Shown here: one piece after another, positions 31,661-43,146 of the stretch | Position numbering within the stretch: the first letter of the stretch is position 1 | How the letters are laid out: every line of letters starts with the position of its first letter | NCBI GenBank assembly: GCA_963773065.1 | Contig: CAVYZN010000026.1 | Span: forward strand, 46,672-110,671 | From: an uncultured Gammaproteobacteria bacterium | GTDB taxonomy: Bacteria > Pseudomonadota > Gammaproteobacteria > UBA9214 | Reading direction: 5' to 3' | DNA length: 64,000 nt | Notes under the pieces: generated by a model | The model's input: the letters and a program-made list of their open reading frames with translations, nothing else | The model's database searches: none | Told to the model about the DNA's origin: nothing | Program-made: the position numbers and the translations under genes

Positions 31661-31952
31661 GCATGGCATTGCTGTGATTGTATTGGTAACGGCTCGATTG
31701 GCGGGGTAACCAGCCACGCCCGACCGATGTGCATCGGGTCATTGATGGAGCTGCAGTTATCACTCTTCTTCACCGGGGATTGCTGCGATACCGGCCTGAT
31801 CCGACCATCAGGTCCTTTGGTAAAGCATTGAAGTTATGTCACTCTTGTCTACCCAGGCGACGGCACGGGATGGAGACCGGGCGCCGCCGGGGCGGCCCAT
31901 CATCGGCATGGCCGGCGGAACGCGCCATCCACCCAACACGCAGGAGAACGAT

Positions 31953-33311
31953 GTGACGGAGCAGACAGCAACAGTCCAGGAACATGAACGTCTGGACAGG
32001 GTATTCGCCCTGCTTGCCGCAAACGACAGCGAGGCTCTGCGCAGGGAGCTCGAATCACGGCATCCCGCCGAGACCGCCGATCTGCTCGAGTCCCTGCCGC
32101 CTGACGCGCGTCGCCGGCTCTGGGACCTCGTGCCGGAGGGCCAGGAAGGCGAGATTCTTCCCTATCTCGGCGAGGAAGCCCGCGCCGTCATCATGGACGA
32201 AATGGACCACGCCGAGCTGGTCGCCGCCGCGGAAACCATGGAGGTCGAGGATCTCGCGGACGTCATCGAGGAACTGCCGGAGGACATCACCGAGGTCATC
32301 CTGGACTCGCTGGACGAGGACCACCGCCGCCGCGTCGAAGCCACCCTCACCTACGACGAAGGGACGGCCGCCCGTCTGATGAGCACCGATGTCATCAGCG
32401 TGCGCAAGGATGTGACGCTGGCCGTGGTGCTGCGCTATCTGCGCCGCCATGCCGGCCTGCCGAGCCATACCGATACCCTGATGGTGATCTCCGATGACGG
32501 CACCTACCTCGGCAAGCTGCCGATCGCCGACGTGGTAACCGGCGACCCGGATGACCCGGTCGATCAGGTCATGGAGCCCATGGCGGACTGGGTGCGCGCC
32601 GAGGCCACCGAACACGAGGTGGCCGTGCTGTTCGAACGGCGGGACCTGATCTCGGTCGCGGTCATCGACCGGCACGACCGGCTGCTGGGCCGCATCACGG
32701 TGGATGACGTGCTCGACATCATCCGCGCCGAGGCCGATGCCGTCATGCTGCACCGCGCCGGCTTGAGCGAGGACGAGGATCTCTTCGCCCCCATGCTGCC
32801 CAGCGCCCGGCGGCGCGCGCTGTGGTTGGGTATCAACCTCGCGACCGTCTTCCTGGCGAGCTGGGTCATCGGCCTGTTCGAGCATACGATCGACCAGATA
32901 GTCGCCCTGGCGGTGCTGATGCCCGTGGTGGCGAGCATGGGAGGGATCGCGGGCAGCCAGACGCTGACGCTCACCATCCGCGGATTCGCGCTCGACCAGA
33001 TCGCCTCCGGCAATATCCGCTGGCTGTTCACCAAGGAGTTCGCGATCGGCCTGCTCAATGGCGTGATCTGGGCCGTGGTGGTCAGCCTGGTCACGGCCGT
33101 CTGGTTCCACCGCTGGGGCATCGCCGCGGTCATCGGAGCGGCCATGATCATCAATCTCATCGTGGCGGCCGTCTCCGGGGTGCTGATCCCGCTGGTTCTG
33201 CGGCGCCTGGGGATCGACCCCGCCATCTCCGGGGCGGTCATCCTCACCACGTTCACGGACGTGGTCGGCTTCATGAGCTTCCTGGGGCTGGCGACGCTGT
33301 TCCTGCTGTAG
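31953..33311 (+). CDS. mgtE: Magnesium transporter MgtE
   Basis: N-domain, CBS pair, GRITVDD, MGGIAGSQ, DPA, TDVVGF. Confidence 0.95.
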   Translation: MTEQTATVQEHERLDRVFALLAANDSEALRRELESRHPAETADLLESLPPDARRRLWDLVPEGQEGEILPYLGEEARAVIMDEMDHAELVAAAETMEVEDLADVIEELPEDITEVILDSLDEDHRRRVEATLTYDEGTAARLMSTDVISVRKDVTLAVVLRYLRRHAGLPSHTDTLMVISDDGTYLGKLPIADVVTGDPDDPVDQVMEPMADWVRAEATEHEVAVLFERRDLISVAVIDRHDRLLGRITVDDVLDIIRAEADAVMLHRAGLSEDEDLFAPMLPSARRRALWLGINLATVFLASWVIGLFEHTIDQIVALAVLMPVVASMGGIAGSQTLTLTIRGFALDQIASGNIRWLFTKEFAIGLLNGVIWAVVVSLVTAVWFHRWGIAAVIGAAMIINLIVAAVSGVLIPLVLRRLGIDPAISGAVILTTFTDVVGFMSFLGLATLFLL

Positions 33312-33379
33312 CCCGCATTTCTCACCGGGCGACGGCCTCACCGGTTACGCCACCCTTGCGGCCGTTGGACGCTGTGTCC

Positions 33380-34735
33380 TCAGGCGGGGCGGGCGCGCGA
33401 GGGCGCCCGGGGCGATTTACCCCGGGATGGGGGTGGCCGGCGATTGGTGACGCCGGCGGCGGGACGCCTGCCGCCACCCGCCGCATCGCGGGCGCCCGCG
33501 GCCCGGCTACCGCCCGCACCCGGTTTCGATGAGCGCTGAGCGCCGCCGCGCGGGCCGCCGCCTTGGCGCCCGTTCAGAATCGGCTCCGCCCGGATCGCCG
33601 GATCCGGTTCATGGCCCGCAATTACCACCCGGGGAAGATCCCGTTTGAGCAGGCGCTCGATGTCACGCAGCAGATTGTGTTCATCCACGCACACCAGGGA
33701 GACCGCCTCGCCTTCCCGGCCGGCCCGGCCGGTGCGCCCGATGCGATGCACATAGTCCTCCGGCACATGGGGCAGTTCGAAATTGACGACATGCGGCAAC
33801 TGGTCGATGTCCAGACCGCGCGCGGCGATGTCGGTCGCCACCAGCACACGCACCTTCCCCAGCTTGAAGTCCTCCAGGGCCCGGGTGCGGGCGCCCTGGC
33901 TCTTGTTGCCGTGGATGGCCACGGCATTGATGCCGTCGCGATCCAACTGCTGGGAAAGGCGATTGGCGCCATGCTTGGTGCGCGTGAACACCAGCACCTG
34001 CTGCCAGTTCTGCGAACCGATCAGAAAGGAGAGCAGTTCGCGCTTGCGCTCGCGGTCCACCGGGTGGATCACCTGCGAAATGCGCGCGGCGGTGGCGTTG
34101 CAACGGGGCACATGGATGAGCGCGGGCGAGTCCAGCAGGCCATCGGCCAGTTTCCGGATGTCATCGGTGTAGGTCGCGGAGAACAGCAGGTTCTGCCGCC
34201 GGGGCGGCAACAGCGCCAGGATCCGGCGGATATCGCGGATGAAACCCATGTCCAGCATGCGATCGGCCTCGTCCAGCACCAGGATTTCCACGCGCGACAG
34301 ATCCAGCGTCTTTTGCCCGACATGGTCCAGCAGGCGTCCCGGCGTCGCCACCAGGATATCGACGCCGCGCCGCAGCCGGTCGATCTGGGGATTGATCTTG
34401 ACGCCGCCGAAGATCACCGCGGAGGTGAGCGGCAGGTGCCGGCCGTAGGTACGCACGCTCTGCTCCACCTGCGCGGCCAGTTCACGCGTCGGCGTCAGGA
34501 TGAGCGCGCGGACCCCGCGCCGGCCGTTGGCCTGAGTCGGCGTGCCGAGACGTTGCAGCAGCGGCAGGGTGAAGCCGGCGGTCTTGCCGGTGCCGGTTTG
34601 AGCGCCGGCGAGGATGTCGCGCCCCTCCAGTATGACCGGTATGGCCTGACGCTGTACGGGGGTGGGTTCGCGGTAGCCCTGATCGGCGACGGCGCGCAAT
34701 AATTCGGCCGACAGGCCGAGGGTGTCAAATGACAT
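33380..34735 (-). CDS. rhlE: DEAD-box RNA helicase RhlE
   Basis: [31 protein letters not shown]. Confidence 0.92.
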   Translation of the reverse strand: MSFDTLGLSAELLRAVADQGYREPTPVQRQAIPVILEGRDILAGAQTGTGKTAGFTLPLLQRLGTPTQANGRRGVRALILTPTRELAAQVEQSVRTYGRHLPLTSAVIFGGVKINPQIDRLRRGVDILVATPGRLLDHVGQKTLDLSRVEILVLDEADRMLDMGFIRDIRRILALLPPRRQNLLFSATYTDDIRKLADGLLDSPALIHVPRCNATAARISQVIHPVDRERKRELLSFLIGSQNWQQVLVFTRTKHGANRLSQQLDRDGINAVAIHGNKSQGARTRALEDFKLGKVRVLVATDIAARGLDIDQLPHVVNFELPHVPEDYVHRIGRTGRAGREGEAVSLVCVDEHNLLRDIERLLKRDLPRVVIAGHEPDPAIRAEPILNGRQGGGPRGGAQRSSKPGAGGSRAAGARDAAGGGRRPAAGVTNRRPPPSRGKSPRAPSRARPA

Positions 34736-35025
34736 GTGCGAATGCTCCTGGGATGGCCTACCTGGAGCAATCGACTCCGGGACGGTCTAGGCGGTGTGTC
34801 GTTGGATGGGGTTCGAGGCTGGCCGGAAGGGTTACCGCGAGGTTCCGGCGTGGACCGGTGTGCGCCGTTACGGGCCGCAGTATAACAGAAGTCCTGTTCA
34901 AAGGGCTCGATAATCGCCGATTCCGGTTTTTATTTGTCACCACCCCTGTTATTGGTTCTAATACGCCGTGCACCGGTAACCGGCCCGGCCCAAGATTTCC
35001 CGTCCATCAACCCGCGGAGCGAGGC

Positions 35026-35250
35026 ATGCCAGAAAGACTCATGATACTACCGGCCAGGGATTCCACCGCCATCCGGCTCGTGCGCGTCCCCGAGGAGATC
35101 GAACAACACGAAGCCTACCGGCATGTGACGGGGCTCATCGCCAGCGTGGAAGAGCGGAAGGCGGACTATGACTGGGAGGATATCGCCCCCACGCTGGAAG
35201 ACCATGGCTTTGAACCCGTGGACTTCATCCTGGGCCCGGCGCTGGACTGA
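35026..35250 (+). CDS. Small acidic hypothetical protein
   Basis: 74-aa ORF with GAGG RBS and typical codon usage. Confidence 0.65.
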   Translation: MPERLMILPARDSTAIRLVRVPEEIEQHEAYRHVTGLIASVEERKADYDWEDIAPTLEDHGFEPVDFILGPALD

Positions 35251-35519
35251 AACTCGCGGCGGCCCCCTGCTCTTCTGGAGCAGCACGCGGGTGCCGGCGG
35301 CCAAAAAAACACGACAATGCCAGGCGCGATCGTGTATGATGCAGGCCGTGAACCGATCCTGTGAGGTCAATACAGCAATTTTCCCGCCAGGGTCGATACC
35401 TTCAATCTCCCGTTGCACGTTATCCAGGTCTAGCCAGAAGTCCCCTCCCGGTACCTCCTGTGCATTGCCTTTCATGCGCTGGGATTGAATTCGTTTTATT
35501 TTTTTACCAGAGGTTATAA

Positions 35520-35726
35520 ATGGCTACAGGTACTGTTAAGTGGTTTAACGAATCCAAGGGTTTTGGCTTTATCACCCCCTCCAATGGCGGTGACGATGTG
35601 TTCGTGCATTTCTCCGCCATCCAGGGCGGCGGTTTCAAGACCTTGGTCGAAGGCCAGTCGGTGAACTTCGAGGTCGAGAAGGGACCGAAAGGCCTGCAGG
35701 CCAGCAAAGTCACAGTACAGGGCTGA
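35520..35726 (+). CDS. Cold-shock protein (CspA family)
   Basis: [26 protein letters not shown]. Confidence 0.97.
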   Translation: MATGTVKWFNESKGFGFITPSNGGDDVFVHFSAIQGGGFKTLVEGQSVNFEVEKGPKGLQASKVTVQG

Positions 35727-35752
35727 CCGGGCTTTCGACCCGCATCAGACGC

Positions 35753-35784
35753 AGAACCCCGCGCCGCCGCGGGGTTCTTTTTTT
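35753..35784 (+). terminator. Rho-independent terminator after csp
   Basis: AGAACCCCGCG-CCGC-CGCGGGGTTCT followed by a T run. Confidence 0.85.
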
Positions 35785-35827
35785 CCGGCCCGGCACGGCG
35801 GTTATCCCATTCAGCGAGGACGTGCAC

Positions 35828-36103
35828 ATGAAAAAGATGTTTGTCGGCAACCTGCCCTTCGACGCCACCGAAGACTCCGTACAGGCGATGTTTTCCGAGT
35901 ATGGGACCGTGCGGTCCATCAAGATCGCCGCGGATGTCTTCTCGGGCCGATGCAAGGGTTTTGCGTTTATTGAAATGGAAGGACATGAGGCGCGCGCCGC
36001 CATCGCCGCACTCGATGGCAAGACGGTCGGCGACCGGTCCCTGCGCGTGAATTTCGAAGATCCCCGTAGCGCGCGCGGGGGGCGGGGGCACGGACGCCGC
36101 TGA
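35828..36103 (+). CDS. RRM RNA-binding protein
   Basis: RNP2 MFVGNLP and RNP1 KGFAFIEM. Confidence 0.92.
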   Translation: MKKMFVGNLPFDATEDSVQAMFSEYGTVRSIKIAADVFSGRCKGFAFIEMEGHEARAAIAALDGKTVGDRSLRVNFEDPRSARGGRGHGRR

Positions 36104-36220
36104 GCGCCGCGGCATAAACAGGCGGGCGGCAGACGCCCGCCCTCTTCAACCATAGCACCCCGCCTTATCTCTTTATCTCTTTCCCGAATAATCCGGTTCA
36201 TCGCCACCGCGGCGATGCGC

Positions 36221-37027
36221 CTATTTTCTTCCGGTCGCGATCAGGTAGTCGTGCGGGATGGCCAGCCCGTTTTCGTTATGGAAGTCCCGGGCGAACAGGG
36301 CGACCTCATCGCGGATGTTGGCACGTTCAGCCTCGGGCAGCGCGTCGTATTGCCGTTTGAGCAGGTCCGAGGCCTCGACCATGTCCCAGTATTCATCGAA
36401 GGAGGCAAACTGGTAATGGAAGGTATGCGCGCGGATGCTGAAATGCTTGAAGCCGGCCAGATGCAGCAGCTCATCCAGCACGCCGGCGCCGCCCAGGGAG
36501 GTGACCTTGGGCAAGGGCGGCGCGAGCTCCGGGGGAATACGTCCCTCGAAGGCCTGATATGACCAGTACAGGGTCGGCATGGTCTCCGGCGTACTCCACA
36601 CCGCAATGGCGAAGCGGCCGTCGGGTTTGAGCACGCGGCGCATTTCCTTGACGCCCCGCAGGGGATCTTCGAACAGCATGACGCCGAAACGGCTGAGCGC
36701 GCGGTCGAAACTGTCCGCGGGAAATTCCAGTTCTTCGGCGCGCATGGTCTGAAAACGGATGTTTTCGAGCTTCTCCTCCGCGACCTTGCGCTGCGCGACC
36801 GCCACCATCGGCGCGGCGCTGTCGATGCCGGTGATGTCAACCTGTCCCCGCATGACTCGCGAGAGCGTCAGGGCCGGTTCACCGGTGCCCGAGCCCAGGT
36901 CGATGATGCGCTCGCCCGGCTGGGCGTTCAGGGCCTGCAGCAGCGTCTCGCCCACGGGCGCGATGTGCGGCAGCCAGAGATCGAACTTCTCCGCGATACT
37001 CGCCCAGTCCGGTTGATTGGCGTTCAT
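36221..37027 (-). CDS. Class I SAM-dependent methyltransferase
   Basis: IDLGSGTGEP, SRFGVMLF, RVLKPDGR. Confidence 0.88.
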   Translation of the reverse strand: MNANQPDWASIAEKFDLWLPHIAPVGETLLQALNAQPGERIIDLGSGTGEPALTLSRVMRGQVDITGIDSAAPMVAVAQRKVAEEKLENIRFQTMRAEELEFPADSFDRALSRFGVMLFEDPLRGVKEMRRVLKPDGRFAIAVWSTPETMPTLYWSYQAFEGRIPPELAPPLPKVTSLGGAGVLDELLHLAGFKHFSIRAHTFHYQFASFDEYWDMVEASDLLKRQYDALPEAERANIRDEVALFARDFHNENGLAIPHDYLIATGRK

Positions 37028-37066
37028 CGGTTTCTCCGTCGGCTGCCGCGGCTGCGATGACGACAG

Positions 37067-37883
37067 TCACTCCTCCTGGGTAAAGCTCTTGATGATGTAA
37101 CCACCCGACTTCTCGTCCAGTTCCAGCTCCAGCAGCTTGCGCGCCTGCGCCTCCTCCAGCAGTTTCCCGAAGGTGCTGAAGCCATGGTAGGTCTCGTTGA
37201 AGCCGGGCTTGCGCCGCTTCAACGTCTGTTTCACCATCGAGCCCCACACCTTCTCTTCCTCGCCGCGCTCCTCGAACAGGTCCTCGACGGTTTCCAGCAC
37301 CAGGTCGAGCGCCTCCTGCTGCTTGTCGGCGTCGGTCTTGACGGCGGTCTTTTTCGGTTTCCTTCTTGGCGGCGGACTTGCGCCGCGAGCGGCGCGGTTT
37401 CTCCGAACCCCGCACCAGGTCGTCGTAATAGATGAACTCGTCGCAGTTGGAGATCAGCAGGTCGGAGGTGGAATTCTTCACCCCGACGCCGATCACCACC
37501 TTGTTATTCTCGCGCAGCTTGCTGACCAGCGCCGAGAAGTCCGAATCGCCGCTGATGATCACGAAGGTATCGACGTGCGACTTGGTATAGCACAGATCCA
37601 GGGCATCCACGACCATGCGGATGTCCGCGGAATTCTTGCCGGACATGCGCACATGGGGGATTTCGATGAGCTCGAAGGTCGCCTCGTGCATCGCCCCTTT
37701 GAATTCCTTGTAGCGCTCCCAGTCGCAGTAGGCCTTCTTGACGACGATATTGCCCTTGAGCAGCAGGCGCTCCAGCACCTTCTGGATATCGAAGGCCGCA
37801 TACTTGGCGTCGCGCACGCCGAGCGCGACATTCTCGAAGTCACAGAACAGGGCCATGTTATGGGTGTTGGGTTTTGCGTTCAT
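37067..37883 (-). CDS. NYN-domain protein with C-terminal OST-HTH/LOTUS domain, frameshift near 37350
   Basis: DFENV, GKNSADI, SGDSDF, CDEF; VKQTLKRRKPGFNETYHGFSTFGKLLEEA. Confidence 0.88.
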
Positions 37884-38062
37884 GGTAGTTCCTTTTTCCC
37901 CGATGTCACACCGGGTCCATAGTCGATACACCGCGACGCCGGCTGCCCCAGGCCAGGCGCGCCGGCGTCATTGCGCGCAGTCTACCCAGTGCGCCGGCAC
38001 AATGTAAGGTGCCACGCGCCGGGAGAAGTCCGGCCTTCTCCGGGCACGTGATGCCCGCGCGC

Positions 38063-38485
38063 TCACGGATTCTCCGCCGCCACCTTTCTTCTCAGGATCT
38101 TGTCCCTGCCGCGTTTGCCTTTCTCGTCCAGGCGTTTCTCCACGATGCGGCGCGGGGGCCGGGTCGGCAGGCGCTTCTTGCGCGTCACCGCCGCCCCCAG
38201 CACCAGCTCCCGCAAGCGCTCGAGCGCCGCCGCGCGGTTTTTCTCCTGGCTGCGGTACTGCTGGGCCTTGATGACGATCACGCCGTCGGCGGTGATGCGC
38301 CTATCGTTCAGCCGGAGCAGCCGCACCTTGTAGAACTCGGGCAATGACGAGGCCCGAATGTCGAATCGCAGGTGAATGGCGCTGGAGACCTTGTTGACAT
38401 TCTGGCCACCCGCACCTTGGGCGCGGATGGCGCTGATCTCGATCTCGCTTTCCGCAATGGCGACGTGACTGGAGATTCTCAACAT
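38063..38485 (-). CDS. arfB: Alternative ribosome rescue factor ArfB
   Basis: [20 protein letters not shown], basic tail. Confidence 0.93.
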   Translation of the reverse strand: MLRISSHVAIAESEIEISAIRAQGAGGQNVNKVSSAIHLRFDIRASSLPEFYKVRLLRLNDRRITADGVIVIKAQQYRSQEKNRAAALERLRELVLGAAVTRKKRLPTRPPRRIVEKRLDEKGKRGRDKILRRKVAAENP

Positions 38486-38767
38486 GATATCAATACGCGC
38501 TGCGGCATAGGCACAAAGGCAGGCGGAAATCCCGTTACGGCCGGACGCCGCAGTTATCGCGCGGAACTGACGCGCGATTATGGCACACTTCGTCGCCACC
38601 CCGCGACAGGCATGAGGCCGTCGACGGGTCCGGCGCGTAAACCCCAATCCACCGGCCGGAAGACCGTCTGCGCCCCGGCGGCAACGGCCGGGATGATGCC
38701 GGCGCATGATGCCGAAGCCGCCCGCGACACTCGCTTTTGACGGCGAACCGATAGACAATGCACGGCC

Positions 38768-40330
38768 ATGATCGAAGACGCACGCCGCCTGCCAAAAGAC
38801 ACGCTGATCGAAACCGACATCGCCATCATCGGCGCCGGGGCGGCGGGCATCACCATCGCGCGCGAACTCGCCGGCACGAACATTCAGTTATGCCTGATCG
38901 AGAGCGGCGGGCTCGAGTTCGAGCAGGACATCCAGAACCTGTACCGGGGCGAGAACGGCGGACGCTGGTACTTTCCGCTGGATAGCGCCAGGCTGCGCTA
39001 CTTCGGCGGCAGCACCAATCACTGGGGCGGCTGGTGCCGGCCGCTCACCCCCATCGACTTCGAGGCGCGCGACTGGATCCCCCACAGCGGCTGGCCGATC
39101 ACGCGCGCGGAGATCGATCCCTACTACGAGCGCGCCCAGCCGGTCACCGAAACCGGGCCGTTCCGCTACGATGCCACCGGCTTCTGGGAGGAACAGGTCG
39201 GCGCGAAAATGCTGCCGTTCCCGCGGGGTCTGATCACCACCACGTTCTTCCAGTACAGCCCGCCGACGCGGTTCGGCACGCGTTACCGCGATGTCATCGA
39301 ACAGGCCGCCAACGTGCGCGCCCTGCTGCACGCCACCGTCACGGAGATCGAGACCAACGAAGCGGGCTCCGAAGTGACGGGACTCAACGTGTCATCCCTC
39401 GAGGGGCCGCCCTTCCGTATCAGGGCGCGCCGCTATATCCTGGCCGCCGGCGCCATCGAGAATGCCCGCCTGCTGCTGCTGTCGAATCGCGTGCAGCCCG
39501 CGGGGGTCGGCAACACCCATGACCTGGTCGGGCGCTATTTCATGGAACATCCGCACATCCCGATCGTCGCCAACATGGTCACCTCACGGCCGGAGGCGTT
39601 CAATGCTACCTACACCCAGCATCTCTCGCTCGCGGACACCATCGTGCATGCCGCGCTGATCCCGACCGAGGCGCTGCTGCGGCGCGAACGTCTGCAGAAC
39701 GCGGTCTTCACTATCGGCGTGCTCGGTGTCTACAACGCCGAAAACCTCGCCCAGCCGGCGCCGGCGGATGACCGGCACGCGCGCGATGTCTTCAACCTGC
39801 TGCGCGATCTCGGACCGCGGCGTGAAACCGACCATCCGCCGGCGGGGTACAACGACTGGCCGCCGGCCGGCGCGCTGGGTGCGAGCTGCGCACTGGGCTG
39901 CGCCTGCGAGCAGGCGCCAAACCCGCAGAGCCGGGTCACGCTGTCGGAGGAACGCGATGCGCTGGGACTTAAGCGCGCGCGCCTCGACTGGCGCCTGAGC
40001 GAAACCGACAAACTCAGCCTGAACCGGATAGTGCACGCCGTGGGGGAAGAGCTCGGCGCCGTGGGCCTGGGCCGGGTGCGGCCGGCGCTGAGCGACGACG
40101 GCAACTGGCCCGATGAAGTCCTGGGGGGCTACCATCACATGGGCACGACCCGCATGGCCGACTCGCCCGAGCATGGAGTGGTGGACGCGAACTGCCGGGT
40201 ACACGGCATCGCCAACCTTTACATTGCCGGCAGCTCGGTGTTCACCACCAGCGGCGCCTCCAATCCGACGCTCACCCTCGTCGCACTGGCGCTGCGCCTC
40301 ACCGATCACCTCAGGACACAACTGTCATGA
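38768..40330 (+). CDS. GMC-family FAD oxidoreductase
   Basis: [38 protein letters not shown]. Confidence 0.9.
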   Translation: MIEDARRLPKDTLIETDIAIIGAGAAGITIARELAGTNIQLCLIESGGLEFEQDIQNLYRGENGGRWYFPLDSARLRYFGGSTNHWGGWCRPLTPIDFEARDWIPHSGWPITRAEIDPYYERAQPVTETGPFRYDATGFWEEQVGAKMLPFPRGLITTTFFQYSPPTRFGTRYRDVIEQAANVRALLHATVTEIETNEAGSEVTGLNVSSLEGPPFRIRARRYILAAGAIENARLLLLSNRVQPAGVGNTHDLVGRYFMEHPHIPIVANMVTSRPEAFNATYTQHLSLADTIVHAALIPTEALLRRERLQNAVFTIGVLGVYNAENLAQPAPADDRHARDVFNLLRDLGPRRETDHPPAGYNDWPPAGALGASCALGCACEQAPNPQSRVTLSEERDALGLKRARLDWRLSETDKLSLNRIVHAVGEELGAVGLGRVRPALSDDGNWPDEVLGGYHHMGTTRMADSPEHGVVDANCRVHGIANLYIAGSSVFTTSGASNPTLTLVALALRLTDHLRTQLS

Positions 40331-40764
40331 GTCTCGGGTTCACCCGCCGCACCATTCTCGCCGGCCTGGCCGCCGGCGTGGCCGGTGTCGCCATCGGCCT
40401 GCGCCTTTACTGGACCGGTGGCAGCGCCGCGCGCGACGCCCAACGGCTCGCGGGATTGCTAAGGCACGCGGACAGCGCGGCCCCGCTCGGCCGGCTCTAC
40501 CTGGCCGGAGCCCCGCGGGAAGCCGATCCGGCACGGCTGGTGGCGCTGATCGGCGCGGCGCAGGGCCCGGCGTTGACACCGATCTCCGCGGCCACGGACG
40601 AGGACTTGCGCGCCGGCCTGGAGGAGCGCATCCGCATCAACTTCACCAGCGGCGCCAGGGTCGCGGTCGGCGGCTGGTTGCTGTCAATCACCGAGGCGCG
40701 CCTGTGCGCCCTGGTCAGCCTGGAGCGGCCAGTATCCGAGACCCCGGTGAGTAACGCGGGCTAG
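40327..40764 (+). CDS. Tat-signal small protein, probable GMC partner subunit
   Basis: FTRRTILAG twin-arginine motif; GWLLSITEARLCAL; ATGA overlap. Confidence 0.7.
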   Translation: MSLGFTRRTILAGLAAGVAGVAIGLRLYWTGGSAARDAQRLAGLLRHADSAAPLGRLYLAGAPREADPARLVALIGAAQGPALTPISAATDEDLRAGLEERIRINFTSGARVAVGGWLLSITEARLCALVSLERPVSETPVSNAG

Positions 40765-40766
40765 TG

Positions 40767-41408
40767 CTAATGCTCGCCCTTGGTCCGGAGCAGGCCGGCG
40801 AGACGATTCCCCTGCTTCTGTGGCCCGCCCGCGGGGAAGAGCCGGTGTAAATAGCGGTTGCTGCCCTTCTCCCGCCCCCAGACGTCCCGGAAGTGTTTGA
40901 TCATCTCCCGCACGGAAGCCTGTACGCCGTGCGCCTCAAAATACTGGCGCAGGAAGCGGATCACCTGCCAGTGCTCGTCGTTGAGCATGAGTCCCTCAAC
41001 CGCCGCCTCGGCACGGACAAAGCTCTCCGACCAATCGCTGGCTTGGATGAGGTAGCCTTCGGCGTCGGTTAGCACTTCCCTGTCGCCGACCCTAAGCTTC
41101 CTGGTCTGCATCCCCGGGTAGGCCGTGCTTCCGCCCTGCAGGCCGCCGGGCGCGCCGGCGGAGACATCCGGGGCTGAAGTAACCGACCAGAGTTCCACGG
41201 TGACCCGCTCATCGAGGACGCCGTGATAGCGTTCGATACCTGCGACCAGCACCTTGCCGCTACCGGGCGGCAAGTCGAACCGGGCCACACCGCCGCGGTC
41301 GGTCCAGACAGCCGGCGTGATCGCCCCATCGGCATCGAACTGCAGTGCGACCGGCACCCGCTTGACCGGTTCCTTGTCCACCTTCATCAGTACCGTAACC
41401 GTTATCAT
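40767..41408 (-). CDS. TusE/DsrC-like protein with N-terminal extension, no C-terminal Cys
   Basis: TDAEGYL..DWSE, EHWQVIRFLR, YLHRLFP.GGPQKQGNRLAGL. Confidence 0.85.
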   Translation of the reverse strand: MITVTVLMKVDKEPVKRVPVALQFDADGAITPAVWTDRGGVARFDLPPGSGKVLVAGIERYHGVLDERVTVELWSVTSAPDVSAGAPGGLQGGSTAYPGMQTRKLRVGDREVLTDAEGYLIQASDWSESFVRAEAAVEGLMLNDEHWQVIRFLRQYFEAHGVQASVREMIKHFRDVWGREKGSNRYLHRLFPAGGPQKQGNRLAGLLRTKGEH

Positions 41409-41692
41409 CACGTTGCTCCGCAAGAAATATCACGCCAATGGCCGAGATGCCCGGCAAACGGTGGATCGCGATAACTCACCCACGGCCGGCCCGCGCCACG
41501 ATGGTACCGCGAGTCCCGTCAATCAAGCCATTACCAGTGATAGGTCGTGGGAAGTCGGTGGAGGAATGCAGTCCCGCGCCGCGCCTCTGCTAGACTTGGG
41601 TATAGAAGCGGTTCCGCCCGCGAACCGGTGTCATGCCAGGCCGCCATGGAGGAGTTGGTTGCCAGCGGCGAGTCCTGACGGTCAAGCCTGCC

Positions 41693-42418
41693 ATGCGTTA
41701 TGAATTGTTCTATTGGCCTTCGATTCAGGGACGCGGTGAGTATATCCGCCTGGCGCTGGAGGAGGCGGGCGCCGACTACGTGGACGTGGCGCGCCAACGC
41801 GCGCGCGGCATGGGGGTGGCGGCGATGATGCGGCTCATGGAAGGTCATGCACTGGAACGTCCGCCCTTCGCTCCGCCCTTTCTGCGTAAGGGCAAGCTGG
41901 TTATCGCGCAGACGGCTAACATTCTGCACTACCTTGGGCCGCGGCTGGGGCTGGTACCCAGGGCCGAGGCGAGCCGGCTGTGGGCGTACCAACTGCAGCT
42001 CACGGTCGAGGATCTGGTCGTGGACATTCATGACACGCATCACCCGGTCTCGGCCAATCTCTACTATCACGACCAGAAGAAAGAAGCGCGCCGGCGCGCG
42101 CTGTATTTCAGGGAAGAACGCGCCCCGGAACTGCTCGGCTACTTCGAGCGCGTGCTCGATTACAATCGCACCGGCCGCGGCTATATGGTGGGCCGCAGCC
42201 TTTCTTACGTGGATCTGTCGATGTTCCAGATTGTCGCCGGACTGCGTTATGCGTTCCCGCGAATGATGGCCCGTCTGGAGCCGCAGTTACCAAGGCTGGC
42301 GGAGTTGCACGAGCGGGTCGCGCAGCGCCCGAACATCGCGGCGTATCTTGTCTCGGAGCGGCGCCTGCCGTTCAACGAGAACGGTATCTTCCGGCATTAC
42401 CCGGAGCTGGACGGTTAG
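41693..42418 (+). CDS. Glutathione S-transferase
   Basis: YELFYWP.IQGRGE.IRLALE, FAPPFL, AQTANIL. Confidence 0.9.
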   Translation: MRYELFYWPSIQGRGEYIRLALEEAGADYVDVARQRARGMGVAAMMRLMEGHALERPPFAPPFLRKGKLVIAQTANILHYLGPRLGLVPRAEASRLWAYQLQLTVEDLVVDIHDTHHPVSANLYYHDQKKEARRRALYFREERAPELLGYFERVLDYNRTGRGYMVGRSLSYVDLSMFQIVAGLRYAFPRMMARLEPQLPRLAELHERVAQRPNIAAYLVSERRLPFNENGIFRHYPELDG

Positions 42419-42474
42419 CGGATCGGGCCGCCCGTGGTAGTATGAGGACCTTCGCGGGTTAAGGAGCGCAACCG

Positions 42475-43047
42475 ATGGACATATTGATCGCCGGACTCGT
42501 TATCTTTTTCGCCGTGCATTCGATCGCCATCGTCGCCGACGGCTGGCGCCAGCGCATGATCGCGCGCCTGGGCGAGTGGCCCTGGAAGGGCTTGTACTCG
42601 GTGATCGCCGCAATCGGACTGGTGCTCATCATCTGGGGCTACGGACTCGCGCGACAGGAGCCGGTGGTGCTGTATACCTCCCCAGTCTGGTTGCGCTACG
42701 TGGCGGTGGTGCTGCTGATCCCGGTTTTTCCGCTGCTGCTCGCGACCTATCTCCCGGGACGCATCCAGTCGGCGACCAAACACCCCATGTTGGCCGCCAT
42801 CAAGCTCTGGGCCTTAGTGCACCTGCTCGCCAACGGCACACTCGCCGATGTGCTGCTGTTCGGTGCGTTCCTCGTGTGGGCCGTGGTCGATCGCATTTCA
42901 CTGAAACGCCGTGCCGAGCCCTGGGTTCCGAGGTTGCCGCGCACCGGCGCCAACGACATCATCGCCGTGGTCGGCGGCTTGGGAATTTATGTCGCCTTCG
43001 TGCTGTGGCTGCACGCGCGGCTGATCGGGGTGTCGCCGCTCGGGTGA
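42475..43047 (+). CDS. NnrU-family membrane protein
   Basis: WKGLYS, KHPML..KLWALVHLLANG. Confidence 0.88.
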   Translation: MDILIAGLVIFFAVHSIAIVADGWRQRMIARLGEWPWKGLYSVIAAIGLVLIIWGYGLARQEPVVLYTSPVWLRYVAVVLLIPVFPLLLATYLPGRIQSATKHPMLAAIKLWALVHLLANGTLADVLLFGAFLVWAVVDRISLKRRAEPWVPRLPRTGANDIIAVVGGLGIYVAFVLWLHARLIGVSPLG

Positions 43048-43146
43048 GCGGTGGCGGTCGCCGCGGGTCTGATCGCTTCCTGCTGTCCGATCGGATGTAT
43101 CGCTCCTCCGCTAGCTAAACCTCGTCGGCTGGACAGCGCCTATCCA

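Noticed and set aside
31381-31677. 98-aa ORF upstream of mgtE, or a Mg-sensing leader
   Set aside because: It is mostly read-through of a palindromic repeat, and no M-box features are recognisable.
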